Positions 1-12,822 of a stretch of DNA of 64,000 bases are shown here, one piece after another. Position numbers and translations under genes: made by a program. This stretch comes from Octopus sinensis (Eukaryota), in assembly GCF_006345805.1 (NCBI RefSeq), contig NC_042998.1, positions 58,466,001 to 58,530,000 on the forward strand, given 5' to 3'. Positions within the stretch are counted from its first letter, which is position 1. Each line of letters opens with the position of its first letter. The notes beneath the pieces are model-generated. The model was not told where the DNA came from. It was given only the letters and a program-made list of their open reading frames with translations, and did no database searches.

Positions 1-51
1 AGGCCAACCAGTAGCTTGTGAGTGTTTTGGTTACATAGAAACTGTATAAAG

Positions 52-288
52 GTGGCCAGAAACGTTACCAGAAACGTTAGCACACCGGACGAAATGCTTA
101 GTGGTATTTTGTCTGCCGTTACGTTCTGAGTTCAAATTTCGCCGAGGTCGACTTTGTCTTTCATCCTTTCAGGGTCGATAAATTAAGTACCAGTTATGCA
201 CTGGGGTCAATGTAATCGACTTAATCTCTTTGTCTGTCTTGTTTGACCCCTCTATGTTTAGCCCCTTGTGGGCAATAAAGAAATAAGA
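52..288 (+). mobile_element. tRNA-derived SINE family D (MetaSINE-like core); other copies 6031-6263 (+), 7520-7695 (-), 45730-45900 (+), 58223-58445 (+), 59010-59197 (+)
   Basis: Shared head gcagaatcgttagc...gagttcaaat (B-box-like) and core ctttcatcctttcggggtcgataaattaagtaccag, which resembles the Meta domain as I recall it. Family name not verified. Confidence 0.75.
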
Positions 289-1276
289 AGCTGTACAAAG
301 CCCATTACTTACACATACCTACATGAATGTGTGTATGTATGTGTGCATTTTAACAAATGTGTATGTGTGTGTGTGTGCACGCATGTCTTGGCATAAATGT
401 TTATATTTTATTCTTCACATGGAGATCACTGAGCTATGGGTTGTTACATTTGTTAACATTTCTCTATTAACAAATCCTTGAGGTCAGCACTTTCAAAGAA
501 AATTGAAAGGAAAATTCCCTCACTTGACTGTAAAATAGGTAACCGTTAGCAAGAGGAAAGACATCCAGCAGTAAAACAGTGCTGTAATAATATATACTTG
601 TCTAACCCATGTTAACATTAAAAAAATATATGTAAAACAAACAAGCAAATGATAGTTGTCATAGATCAAACTGTCTTCAGTTACTCAAACACAGAGATTT
701 CATTATTTTGTTAAGGTTATTTCTATAGAAATCATAACCAGCACAGAAATTTTTGCTACAATGTTTCATCTCGAGACATCAGATGTAAACAAACAATGAG
801 AAGTGTTGGGAGATCCAAAGGTAATGAAGCTGTGATGTGAAAGAGGGAGACTGAGAATGAGATGGACAGAAGCTGGTGAAAGTTGATGGCTGAATATGCA
901 AAAGAGAGAATAAAGGATTGCAACAAAGCAAGTGATCACAAAGTGAGTGACCAATAAAGAAGATATACTTTATAGTATATTACTAGCTGGCCCCGTGCCA
1001 TCACAAATTATGGCTAATAGTAGCATTTTATATATAAATATGGATGGCAAATCAAATTAATGCACTTGTCAATGTTATCTAGTGGTTGTCTTTTGATATG
1101 TGACATTGATCATTATTTGTAACTGAAAGAACACTGGTTCACACATACAAACATTCACACACTTTCCTTGTACAGGCACACTCATACACACATATACTCA
1201 CACAGAGTTGAAACGCTGTTTGATTTTTCTTTTCAGACTTAAATGTTCACCATCTCACTTCCATTGCACTTCTATT

Positions 1277-1328
<52 letters not shown>

Positions 1329-1355
1329 GCACACACGCACACACACACACACATA

Positions 1356-1389
<34 letters not shown>

Positions 1390-1805
1390 TTCACATACCT
1401 CCCTTTTACATACACACACTTATATTCACACAGAGTTGAAACACTCCCACTACCAGTTTGCCATCACCCCTTTACTTTCTCATTCATATGTTGTAAAGGA
1501 GAAAAACACGAGAGAATTATTATAATAGATGGTTGCATAACGAAATACCACATACCTACAAGTCATTACAGAGACTTCAGTTTTATAGTTGACAAGGTAC
1601 AAGTTCAACAGTCGTAGGAGAGACATATAATTAAATGAATCTCTTCATCTAACTTTTACTTCTTCCTATTTTAGAAGGTGCATAGGAGATAAAAGACAAA
1701 AATCTACATCAACGTGTTTTGAACTCAAAATGCAAACAGACATGTAAATACTCCGATGCATTAAGTGATCTGAAGTCCAACTGATTCAACAACTTATGAT
1801 CAACA

Positions 1806-1880
1806 TGGTCACTTGCTTTGTGCTCACTTGCTTTGTGCTCACTTGCTTTGTGCTCACTTGCTTTGTGCTCACTTGCTTTG
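1806..1880 (+). repeat. 15-bp minisatellite (cacttgctttgtgct) x about 5
   Basis: Direct tandem units visible; explains the VLTCF and LLCAH repeat ORFs. Confidence 0.9.
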
Positions 1881-2337
1881 TTCTCTCCTTTGCATATTTA
1901 GTGATCAGCTTTCACCACTTGCAGTCCATTTCATTTTCAGTTCTCACTCTTTCACGCCACAGCTCCCATCACAGCAATCAGCTTTCACCACCTTCTGTCC
2001 TTTGGATCCCCTAACATTTTATTCTGAAAATGAGATGGGATGGTTATAATTGAAATGCTTTGACCAGGGGTTTAAAAAAAAAGATAACAGCAACTCACTG
2101 GCCTACAATGAATTTACATATATTTACATTAAGAATCGTTATTTGTAATAACTATATGGATAGGTGCAGGCTTGTACATAGTTTTATTCCAGGCTCAGTC
2201 CCACTGTGTGGAATCTAAATAGTCCTGGGTCAGCCAAAGGCTTGTGAGTGAATTTGGTTGACAGAAATTGAAAGAAGCTCATTTTGTGCATGTGCAGGCA
2301 TGTACATACACACATTACATGTGGCTGTGTGGGTGTG

Positions 2338-2925
2338 TCATCATCATCATCACCATCATTCAACATCCATTTTTCCATGCCCGCATGGGTTGGACAGTTT
2401 GACCAGAGCTGGTATGGCCAGAGGCCACACCAGGCTCCGTCATCTGTTCTAGCATGGTTTCTATGGCTGGATGCCAACTACTCCACTGAATACACGGGGG
2501 GCATTTTATGTGGTACCAGCACCAGTGCTACTAATGTGACACCAGCAAAATTGCTTTTTATGTAACACCAGTACCAGTATCAATTTTGCTGTGGTTGATG
2601 GATCTTGAGAACAGCAATGCACCAGATATCTCAGTTCTTTGTCATCTCCATAAAACTCAGTGTCTTGAGGTCATCCTTTAGTGTTTTATCCCATGTCTTC
2701 TTGGGTCTCCCTCTTCCACAAATTCCATCCACTTTAAGTGATCAGCCCTTCTCTATACATCTGTCCACATCCATATACATCACATAACAAAACCAGCACA
2801 GTCCTTTCTCTTTTGCACAATCCATCTAATTCCTCCTATACCCAACTTTTCTCTTAATACACTAGCACTCCGTTGCATGCATACACTGACATTGCATGTT
2901 CGGCAGAGCATATTAGCTTCATTCC
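2338..2925 (-). mobile_element. RTE-clade LINE 3' end (degenerate ORF end plus 3' UTR with (gat)n tail)
   Basis: Minus strand reads, with frameshifts, ...LREKLGI...GICGRGRPKKTWDKTLKDDLK, followed by a UTR shared with many truncated copies: 8570-8720, 27150-27300, 30110-30330, 31995-32270, 36565-36960, 37500-37650, 42880-43025, 51820-51965. Confidence 0.75.
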
Positions 2926-2948
2926 TCACTCTTCTCTATGTGTGTGTG

Positions 2949-2996
<48 letters not shown>

Positions 2997-3322
2997 TGTG
3001 TTTGTGTGTTTGTTGATACCTCCTCACGTTGACATAATACGATAGTTGTCAGTGTCACCATCATACAAATACTGTCATTCATTTTCAATCTTCCACAATA
3101 ACATATCTGATTATGAGGAATATTTATTACCTTAATTGGAAACAGGAAGGGTTGGCAGAAGGAAGAATATCTGGCCTAGAAAATCTGCCTAAACAAATTC
3201 CATCCGACACAAGTGGATGTTAAAGTGGATGTTAAAGCAGTTCTCTAATGATGATGAATACCAAATGTTATTGAAAATGTTCAGTTTCAAATCCACACTA
3301 CATAGGCTACCAGAGAACTGAG

Positions 3323-3783
3323 TGTAAGGTCAAATTGTTAATGTTTCTATCAAGGTTTAATCTCACAGGGGTAACCAAACTCAATAACTCACTAATTTGA
3401 GCTAATCACTCAGCAGTTTACCGGTACCATTCGGTTATTACTCAAAGTAGTGAGCCATTTCATTAGGCAAGAGAGAGCAAGAGAGATTATCAAAAACTGT
3501 GGTCAGAGGTTAGTCCTGAAAGGGACTAGAACCTAAGACGAGATATCATGAACGCTGGGGGGCTTTTATAACCTGCTAAAGGCTCCAGTGAGAACCCAAA
3601 AAGACTGTGTCATAGGACCTTATCCGAAGGCCATGATTGGTTGGCTTACACACAGGCGTGAAATAAGTCAAGAGACAAACTGCACCACTGTCAACCAATC
3701 AGAGCAGGGGACACAACAGGGTCAAGATAGCCGAAGATGGTTGTTATCTAACACGAGATCATTTCTAATATATCTCTCAAACA
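3323..3783 (-). mobile_element. Probable solo LTR
   Basis: TGT...ACA termini with flanks ctgag/gtgag (5-bp TSD, 1 mismatch). On the minus strand, CCAAT (3635-3640), TATAAAA (3563-3569) and ATTAAA (3356-3361) occur in U3-R-U5 order. Confidence 0.6.
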
Positions 3784-4656
3784 GTGAGAATATCACCTAC
3801 GCTACAGAAGCATTTAGTCCAATGTGCTGCCAATTCTGAGAATGACTGTTGATGTTTAATGTAAATATGAATAATTGATGTGATTGTCAACAGGCTGTTG
3901 ACTGCTAGTTGACTGGCTACAGATATTTAGTTGATGACTGCTGATATTGTGATTGACTTGATAGTTAGTGTGGTTAACTGTTGGTGATTAATGCGATCAA
4001 CCTGATAATTAGTGTGATTGACTGTTGATGGTTAAAGTGACCGACAGTTAATGATTAGAATGATTGATAGTTGATTAGAATGATTGACAGTTGATGATTA
4101 GATTGATGAACAGATGAGGATTAGTAAGATTGACAGTTGATGATTAACATAAATATTCACTGATGTTCTCATATAATTATTTTTTTGCTAGAGGAAGGTC
4201 ATTACACATTATCATTGCTGATCAATGGAGATCAATATTTAGCTTAAACATCTAAAGGTTGGGTTAGTAAAGAAACACTTGGAATGGGGTAGTAGATACC
4301 CCAAAATTCACAGCTCTGTGAGAGCTAGATGTAATAGAGTAGTTAATGGGATGTTTTGTGAGAGTAACACAGAGGGATGAAAAATGAAAGAAAAGGTGAA
4401 GTCAGGTAGTGGTTTAATTCACAACTTACAAGTTGAGAGGAACAAATGTAATTATAATACAAATGCAATAGCCAGATGCATGAACCAGCAGCATAGTTGT
4501 AGACCAGTGGTTTTTCACTTGCATAGTAGTGTCTCCTTGGGGACATTGTGAGCTCACAAAGAGGTGGCAAATGTGAAGAGGGCACTAGTGGGGGATACTA
4601 TGTGTTTAGAGGGGTCATGTATTTTCTCAGAAATAACATACTTAAATAAGGTAGAA

Positions 4657-5023
4657 TGGATGGACGACGAGGGTTCCGGTTGATCCGAATCAACGGAATA
4701 GCCTGCTCGTGAAATTAACGTGTAAGTGGCTGAGCACTCCACAGACACGTGTACCCTTAACGCAGTTCTCGGGGATATTCAGCGTGACACAGAGAGTGAC
4801 AAGGCCGGCCCTTTGAAATACAGGTACAACAGAAACAGGAAGTAAGAGTGAGAGAAAGTTGTGGTGAAAGAGTACAGCAGGGATCACCACCATCCCTGCC
4901 GGAGCCTCGGAGAGCTTTAGGTGTTTTCACTCAATAAACACTCACAACGCTCGGTCTGGAAATCGAAACCGCGATCCTACGACCGCGAGTTCGCTGCCCT
5001 AACCACTGGGCCATTGCGCCTCC
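4657..5023 (-). mobile_element. tRNA-derived SINE family B
   Basis: Reverse complement of the copy at 17186-17566; tRNA-like head ggaggcgcaatggcccagtggttagggcagcg...; the two ORF-track peptides are nearly identical. Confidence 0.85.
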
Positions 5024-5349
5024 GTATGGTAGAATACAATGTTTTCAATATGTTTACACCAAAACAAAAATCATCGTCAGTATTAGAATACGAGTAGGAT
5101 ATTGTGTTGTCAGTGAACTGAAACATGTGACAATGTGATAATGTGTCAAGGACCAATATAATTTCACTATATATAATGCACAGGTATGTCAGTGTGATTA
5201 AGAAGATGGTTTTGCAACAATGAGGTTCCAGGTTCAGTCTCACATCATGGCACTTTGGACAAGAATCTGTTCTCCTATAGCCACAAGCTGACTAATGGTA
5301 GAGAGAACCTGAAGGAAACCCATTGCATGTACATGTCTAGATAGGTGGC

Positions 5350-5670
5350 ACTCAGTCAATTATAACAACAAGGGTTCCAGTTAATCCAATCAACAGAACA
5401 GCTTGCTCATCAAATTAATGTGCAAGTAGCTGAGCACTCCACTGTCACATGTACCCTTAGCATAGTTCCCAGGAAGATTCAGCATGACACAGAATGTTAC
5501 ACAAGACTGGCCCTTTGAAATACAGGTACAACTCGTTTTTACAAGCTGAGTAAACTGGAACAATGTGAAATATAGTGTTTTGCTCAAGGACACAACATGC
5601 AACCAGGAATTGAACTCATGACCTTATGATCATGAATCATTTACCTCAAACCACTAAGCCATGTGCTTTC
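5350..5670 (-). mobile_element. SINE family C (different tRNA/CORE-like head, body related to family B); second copy about 54270-54490 (-)
   Basis: Body homologous to family B (gccctttgaaatacaggtacaac, gctgagcactcc) but the head reads ...gttgtgtccttgagcaa... on the minus strand. Confidence 0.65.
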
Positions 5671-6359
5671 TCTACATGTATAGAGGAATAAAAGATAAAA
5701 TACCTGTAACATCATTTACAAGATCTGAATGCTGTGTCTCCTGCAAATTGTATAGGTATGCTAACCACAACACCAAAAGGATGCCACAACCCTTGGCTGG
5801 CTAAATTAACACAAATTAACACTAATGACACATCAATAGCAAATCTCAGTTCACATAATATTCAAAGTATAATATTGTATATAAAACATTATCAATGAAT
5901 AAGATGGAAGCATGTTTCTTGATGGTTTTAGATGGTTTTAGATGAGCATCGTGTTTCAAATCTTTCATGAAAAGCATGCCATACTATGGGGAAATATTAT
6001 CTTGCTTGATTATAGGTGAGGATTGGTTATAGGGTGGCAAGCTGGCAGAATCGTTAGCACTCCAGGCGAAATGCTTAGTGGTACTTCGTCTGCCGCTATG
6101 TTCCGAGTTCAAACTCCGCTGAGGTCAACTTTGCCTTTCATCCTTTCGGGGTCGATTAAATAAGTACCAGTTACACACTGGGGTCCATGTAATTGACTTA
6201 ATCCCTTTGTCTGTCCTTGTTTGTCCCTTCTATGTTTAGCCCTTTATGGGCAATAAAGAAATATATAGGTGAGGATTGGTGACAGGAGGGATGTCCAGCC
6301 ATATAAAATCTGCTTCAACAGATTCTGCCTGATGCATGCAAGTATGAAAAGTGAACATT

Positions 6360-6395
<36 letters not shown>

Positions 6396-9137
6396 TTGCC
6401 ATCTTTAGTAATTTCTATAAAAATTTAATATGAAGACCCACTAATTGGTCCATGCAACTATCTAAACGGAGGCACAAGCTGGATGGAATAGAATTTGAAA
6501 AGAGGGTTATAAGCAACTGTGTAAAATTAGATTCTGTTTGATTAAAATAATCTATTTTTCCTATTCCCACTATCTTTTAGATTTTAAAAAAAATTTTTTT
6601 CTGCTTGGCAAAACAAGGGAAGGGAGGCATTTTAAAATGGTATTCTATGAAAGGGGGTACTTAAATACAGAGGGTTGAAACCCACCACCATAGGCAAATA
6701 GCTAGGTTCCTAGTAGGTAGGTTAGGGAGTCTATCAATCAGCCAAGGGTGGATATGTAAGCCTAGGATTGTGTGTGTGTGTGTGTGTGTGTGTCTGTGTG
6801 TGTGTGCGTGTGTGAGCGCACAGCAATCAATACTGTCTGTTGAGTATCAACACAATAAGCAATGAATTATTATTTCATATGACATGCTTTTGATTTAAAT
6901 TTTAATAATTAATCTAACAATATCTCTGAGATATTTTATCACCTGTATTCTTTGAGATATTAAATCCACAAGACAATAGATATTTCATTATCTCATATTG
7001 TAGCTTGATATTATTGGTTAAATTTTAATTGACAAATTAATTCAAACAAGGAATATTTTGATAAATTACAAAATTACAGCATGGAATATTAATAGATTTT
7101 ATGCATGGAAACATAACTAGTGTTGTTTCGAAAGAATTTTTAATGCTAAAAATATAAGCTGAAGAATGAGCTTTGGATTAGCATCCAATAAATCATCAAT
7201 GGAAGCATGGTTGGAATATTAACAAAGCTAGAATAGATGAAACATCTTGTTTTCTCAATTATAGCCGTTTTTGTTTCACCCCAGGTCAGCCCTGATCAAA
7301 GGCTTTCCAGCTGTTACCATTCTGTTTATTATTGTTATTTATTTGTTGTTTTCAACCAGTGTGTTGTTAATACTACTTTGTCTAAAGTGTTTGTTGTTTT
7401 CTTTAAGGATGGTCTGTAGTGATTTAGGGTGAGTTTTGGCTGCTTTTTCTCGCAAGTCTAGCAATGAGTACAAGAGTGATAACATGCTATAGTCTTTTCT
7501 ACTCAAGGTAAATGGCCCGAAATTTTGTGGGGGTGGGGGGGATCAGTCGATTAGATCAACCCCAGTATGCAACTGGTACTTAATTTATCGACCCTTAAAG
7601 GATGAAAGGCAAAGTCGACCTCGGTGGAATTTGAACTCAGAATGTAAAGACAGACAAAATACTGCCAAGCATTTCACTCAGCATGCTAACGTTTCTATCA
7701 GCTTCCTGCCTTGAATAACATGTTATATTAATTCACAATCTTACACTATCTGTGTGTGTGTGTGTGTGTGTATCTCACAATCATACATCTATGCATCTCA
7801 CCACATAAACATCATCACTTACTCTCAAATAGAAGCCCTTTGTTACTAGCAGAAGTATTTACTTCCTGAACTTTTTTCCCTTTTTACCTATTCTAGCTAC
7901 TACAATTTCAGAACACCCACTTTCTCTACTTATTATAACCACTAGGTCACAAAATATATCAACTACTTCTAGTGAGCCTTCCATGCAATTCAAGGAATTT
8001 AATCTGTGCATTGCTACTACAAACTCATTTGCACCTGCTGCTTATGAAGTCTAGCTTCTCTGTCAGCATGCATGTGATCCAACTAAATCTTCTGTGTCCC
8101 ATTATTTATGCTAGGTACATTGCATAGAATTTCCCCTTACTTCTTTTCTACATATTGAGCATGGTCTGATGGAAGCAAGCTCCTGTTATCTTCTCTACTT
8201 ACTAAATCTTTAATCTTCTTCTCTAAATCTTCAACAGATTATGCTAAAATAACTAAGTCATTAGAATACAAGAGTTCCTGCAGGCATCCAGCCTTAAACT
8301 GTTCTTTTATTATTCAGAGGACAATAATAATCAAAGTAGGGATAGACCTCTTCCTGCACCCTTCATTAAGCTCATTAGTGACTCCCACCTTGCTATGTCT
8401 CTGTATATGTCTTAAATAGTTCTCTCATGCTATTCATCCTTAGTGACCAACAGATTACAGAGCATGAAATTCTAAGTTCTTCTTTAAGCTGACAAATGAT
8501 ACAAATTTAGTTAAGTATATCCCTTACAACTGTTTCACTAGGAAGATGGGTCAGTTGAACCCCTTCCTGGAACAAGGCTAATCAGCAAGGGTATCCAGCC
8601 ATAGAAACATTGCCAGATCAGACTGGGCCTGGTGCAGCCTTCTGGCTTCCCAGATCCCAGTTGCACCATCCAACCCATGCCAGCATGGAAAGCGAACGCT
8701 AAACGATGATGATGATGATAATGATATATATATATATATATATGTGAAACACACATACACACACAGACATATATTTATAAATGTATTTATTTGTTACTGG
8801 TGAAAGCCAGTTTATGGGGTTATATTATGAGTACATTTAGTGATAGTAATATGCATGTGGCACCTTAATAAATGTAAAAGACATGTCAGCCATATTATAA
8901 ACACGTACGTATTCATGGGTGTGTAAATCTCTCCATTCATCCATCACTCTATCCATAATAATTTTTTAACCTACAATAAAATACATTGAAAGATAAAATG
9001 GAACTATTGATGGGGAATGATTATATAAAAAGCATAGCGAAAAAAAATCAATCTTCACTGAGTGTTATTAGTCTCCATAGTATTATGAGCAAAATACACA
9101 CATATATACATATGTGCATACATACATACATGCATAT

Positions 9138-9209
<72 letters not shown>

Positions 9210-9844
9210 ATGTGGTTTTGTGTTTTTGTATGTTTATAGACTATATTGAAAATTGTAGGAACAAATTGTTTCCATCAGTTTGGCAATGAATAAAATCAAG
9301 TCAATGACCGATTTACACAGAAAAATAACAAATGAAAATCTAAACTGACGAAAAACTCAATCAAAGATCTTCCCGTGTAAATTGTACTTGTAGGTGCATG
9401 TGTGAGTGTCTGTGTGTCTGTGCATGTTTGAGTGTACATGTGTATGTGTATGTGTGAATGTGCACGTGGGTGAATAAAAAGCTTAAAATCATAATCATCA
9501 TCATAACCATCATCATCATCATCATCATCATCATTATTTAATGTCCATCTTCCATGCTGGGCCATGTTGAATATTTCCATTTCTGTCCATAGAGTTTAAT
9601 GATGTGTTGAAACAAAAGTAAACCAAACACACACACACACACACACACAACATTGATTTAAACAACTACATGTAGAATTTGTTGCCTCTAAAAGAAAATC
9701 AAAATTAAAATTTGCAGCTTCACTGGCATTTGTTATTCCATTTGAAACCAAGTCAGTAGAATTGTTTTACAAGGTAAAAAAAATCTCTAACTTCTAATGA
9801 AACTTAATTTAGTGCTGTGATTAATTTTTTATGAAAAATATTCG

Positions 9845-10212
9845 CCATGCTGAAAACATTACCAAAACAACAGCAGCACTGACCAAATTCAGAACACTGT
9901 GGAAAGACAGAAACATATCACTGAGCTCCAAAATTAGGCTAATGAAATCATTAGTGATCTCAGTATTCCTGTACACCTGCAGAACATGGACACTGATAGC
10001 AGGAATCGAAAGAAGAAACCAGGCTGCTACAAAGAAATGTTTCAAGAGACATTTGGGAATATCATATAGAGATTGTGTCACAAATGAGGAAGTGGAAAGG
10101 AGCATAAGGCAGGCAATAGGGCCTTAAGAGGAACTTGTTACGCGATAAAGAAACACAAACTCAAGTGGTTTGGTCAAGTCACCTGCTCATCAGGAATGGC
10201 CACAACCATACA
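9845..10212 (+). mobile_element. RTE/BovB-like LINE reverse-transcriptase C-terminal fragment
   Basis: Peptide LWKDRNISLSSKIRLMKSLVISVFLYTCRTWTL...GISYRDCVTNEEV...LKWFGQV is typical of RTE-BovB ORFs; contains a stop and a frameshift. Confidence 0.85.
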
Positions 10213-10225
10213 GGTAGCAATCCCA

Positions 10226-10336
10226 TTATGTAACCCTGCGCTCATCAGAGGTAACCAATATGGAATGAAATATGGCTATATTTCATTCGTATTTTGTTCC
10301 ATATCAACTACCTCTGAATAGCACAGGGTTACATAA
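10226..10336. repeat. About 110-bp imperfect hairpin / small MITE
   Basis: ttatgtaaccctg-gct-tcagaggta pairs with tacctctga-agc-cagggttacataa; inner perfect stem gaatgaaatat/atatttcattc. Confidence 0.7.
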
Positions 10337-10758
10337 CCAGATTGTTAAATCCCCAGTGCAAAACTGTTAGGTAAAACTGCCCATAGTGGATATATTATAC
10401 TGTACACTTTGGATTATATACTCATTCTATTGACAGATATACAAGTGCATTTTTATCTGACTTACGGATTCTTAGATGACTTACACACATATATGTAGCT
10501 TATACTTCATTGGATCTGGAACTCACAGTGGATCATGAAATTGTATGCCAGTGTTCATGTCTATATAATTTCATATGCATGTATATTTATATGGATGTGT
10601 TTATGTACATGTACATGTATATATAAGTGTTTGGACATGTCCATATATGCATGGATATATACAGGAATGTTTGTATACAGTATATACATGGATACGCTGA
10701 TTTCAACCCTAAATTGGTGCCCTTATTGAAATACTTTGGTTCAAGTGAATCCTACAAA

Positions 10759-10806
<48 letters not shown>

Positions 10807-10973
10807 GCATATATATAAAATAATAATAAATGAATATGAATGGAGCTGATTATTCAATAATATTACATCATACTTCCATTGAATGGTTACTTACTTATAC
10901 AGGGTAAGGGCAAAGAGGATGGACGTTTTTGAAAAATTTACAAAATCATTAATTTTAGATCCTATATTAGATG

Positions 10974-11004
<31 letters not shown>

Positions 11005-11050
11005 TTTTTATTTGACAATAATTGACATTTCTGTTGTTTTCTTTGTTTAG

Positions 11051-11197
11051 ACATTCGGTGGCAGGCGATGGTCAAGTGGTACCCAGAATGTAAACAATTC
11101 TGTTGAAACTCAAGTAACTTCAAAGAAAGGAACTCAAGGATTTGGTGGACCAATAATTTTCAAAAAAAAACATAGTTCAGGAATTGCTTCCTCCAAA
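11051..11197 (+). CDS. PLCE1: Phospholipase C epsilon-like, first coding exon resolved in window (TFGGRRWSSGTQ...GIASSK)
   Basis: Acceptor ctttgtttAG ends at 11050 and donor GTgagg starts at 11198; 147 nt, phase 0/0, open frame. FGGRRWS matches the PLC-epsilon motif as I recall it from vertebrate PLCE1. Confidence 0.8.
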
Positions 11198-11217
11198 GTG
11201 AGGTTCTGAACATTAAA

Positions 11218-11326
<109 letters not shown>

Positions 11327-11717
11327 AAATATCCTATCTTTCTCTGTCAGCATCTTCATCTAATTAATTTTCTCTCTTTCACTGCCTTTATAAGTATATG
11401 CATGTTTAAAATTGTAATCTGTATATCATGCTATACCATTGTAAGGCATGATGCTGTGGTTTTTGTCTGAGAAAACATTTTCCACAGACAACGCATGTCC
11501 CTCTCTACTGTAGCCTCAATCAGCCAAAGGGAACTTAGCCTACCAGTCTGTGTGGTGACATCCAGTATACTCTGTAAAATATTTTGGCATTAGGAAGAAC
11601 ATCCAGCCATAGAAACCATGCCAAAGCAAATATTAGAGCATGATGTAGTCCTCAGACCATTTGGATCCTGTTAAAATTATACAACCCATGTCAGATGTTA
11701 AAAGACGATGATATGTC

Positions 11718-11765
<48 letters not shown>

Positions 11766-12314
11766 AGTCTTAAGATTGTGTGAGGTTGTAAAGGAATGTT
11801 ATTGTCATATATACGGTGTCATTTGTTTGCAATCTTCAGTGAAATCATGTCCATCGATTGTGCTGCTCATGTTTGAAGGACTAAAGGGAATATGACCTTG
11901 CTTGAAAAAAGGTGAGGGTTAATGAGATGACTGAAGATACATCCAGCCAGAGAAAATTTGCTTCAACAAATTTCAACTGACTCATACAAGCCTAGGAATT
12001 GGGAGAATAATACAATGATGATGTTCAATCATGCAAACTTCCTCTGATTGGCACAGCCTAATAAGCTATGGTAGTAGAATCCGAACTTCTGTATAATTTG
12101 AAATCAAATACATTAACCTCACAGCCATTATATGTCCTATGGTAGTTAGTTTCTTTTTTTTTTCCATGCAAACCTACAAAAGTCAACAGAGAGTGGTTTT
12201 ATGGATTTCCTCTTTGTAAGTCCGAGATCTGCCTTGAACAAGAAGACCTGTAATCAAAGGCATTCCAGCAAAGGCCTTTAAAAATTTTTCTTTTCTTTTT
12301 CATAAGCAGTATGT

Positions 12315-12489
12315 AGGCGTAGGAGTGGCTGTGTGGTAAGTAGCTTGCTTACCAACCACATGGTTCTGATGGTTCTGGGTTAATTCCCACAGCATGGCAC
12401 CTTGGGCAAGTGGCTTCTACTATAGCCTCAGGCCGACCAAAGCCTTGTGAGTAGATTTGGTAGACAGAAACTGAAAGAAGCCCGTCTTA

Positions 12490-12558
<69 letters not shown>

Positions 12559-12822
12559 TATATATAGTGTGTGTATATATATATATGTGTGTGTGTATAT
12601 GTGTATGTGTCTGTGTTTGTCCCACCCCCAACATCGCTTGACAACCAATGCTGGTGTGTTTACGTCCCCATAGCTTAGCGGTTCGGCAAAAGAGACCGAT
12701 AGAATAAGTACTCGGCTTACAAAGAATAACTCCTGGGGTTAATTTGCTTGACTAAAGGCAGTGCTCCAGCATGGCCACAGTCAAATGACTGAAACAAGTA
12801 AAAGAGTAAAAGAGTAAAGAGT
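12315..12822 (+). mobile_element. tRNA-derived SINE family A (CORE-like head, internal (TA)n/(TG)n, gagtaaaa tail). Other + copies: 14085-14540, 15821-16222, 17917-18313, 19006-19393, 22691-23054, 24251-24662, 25716-26124, 29077-29466, 35696-36118. Partial + copies: 23357-23500, 46740-46890, 48700-48935, 62912-63085
   Basis: Repeated consensus ggagtggctgtgtggtaagtagcttg...gggttcagtcccactg...ccttgggcaagtg...gcagtcaaatgactgaaacaagtaaaagag. Confidence 0.92.

Noticed and set aside
729-820. Possible exon between ttctatAG and GTaatg
   Set aside because: The only open frame (phase 2/1) has no resemblance to PLC-epsilon and is incompatible with the neighbouring candidate exon.
1208-1617. HT-repeat ORFs, and similar YI, CV, ER, poly-L, poly-I and MYVC ORFs across the window
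   Set aside because: Translations of (CA)n, (TA)n, (GA)n, (TAA)n, (GTT)n and (ATGT)n microsatellites; no coding signal.
12420-12644. Recurrent ORFs such as MLGGQTQTH...RPEAIVEDTCPRCHAVGLNPEPCGW that look like a gene family
   Set aside because: They are the antisense reading of SINE family A.
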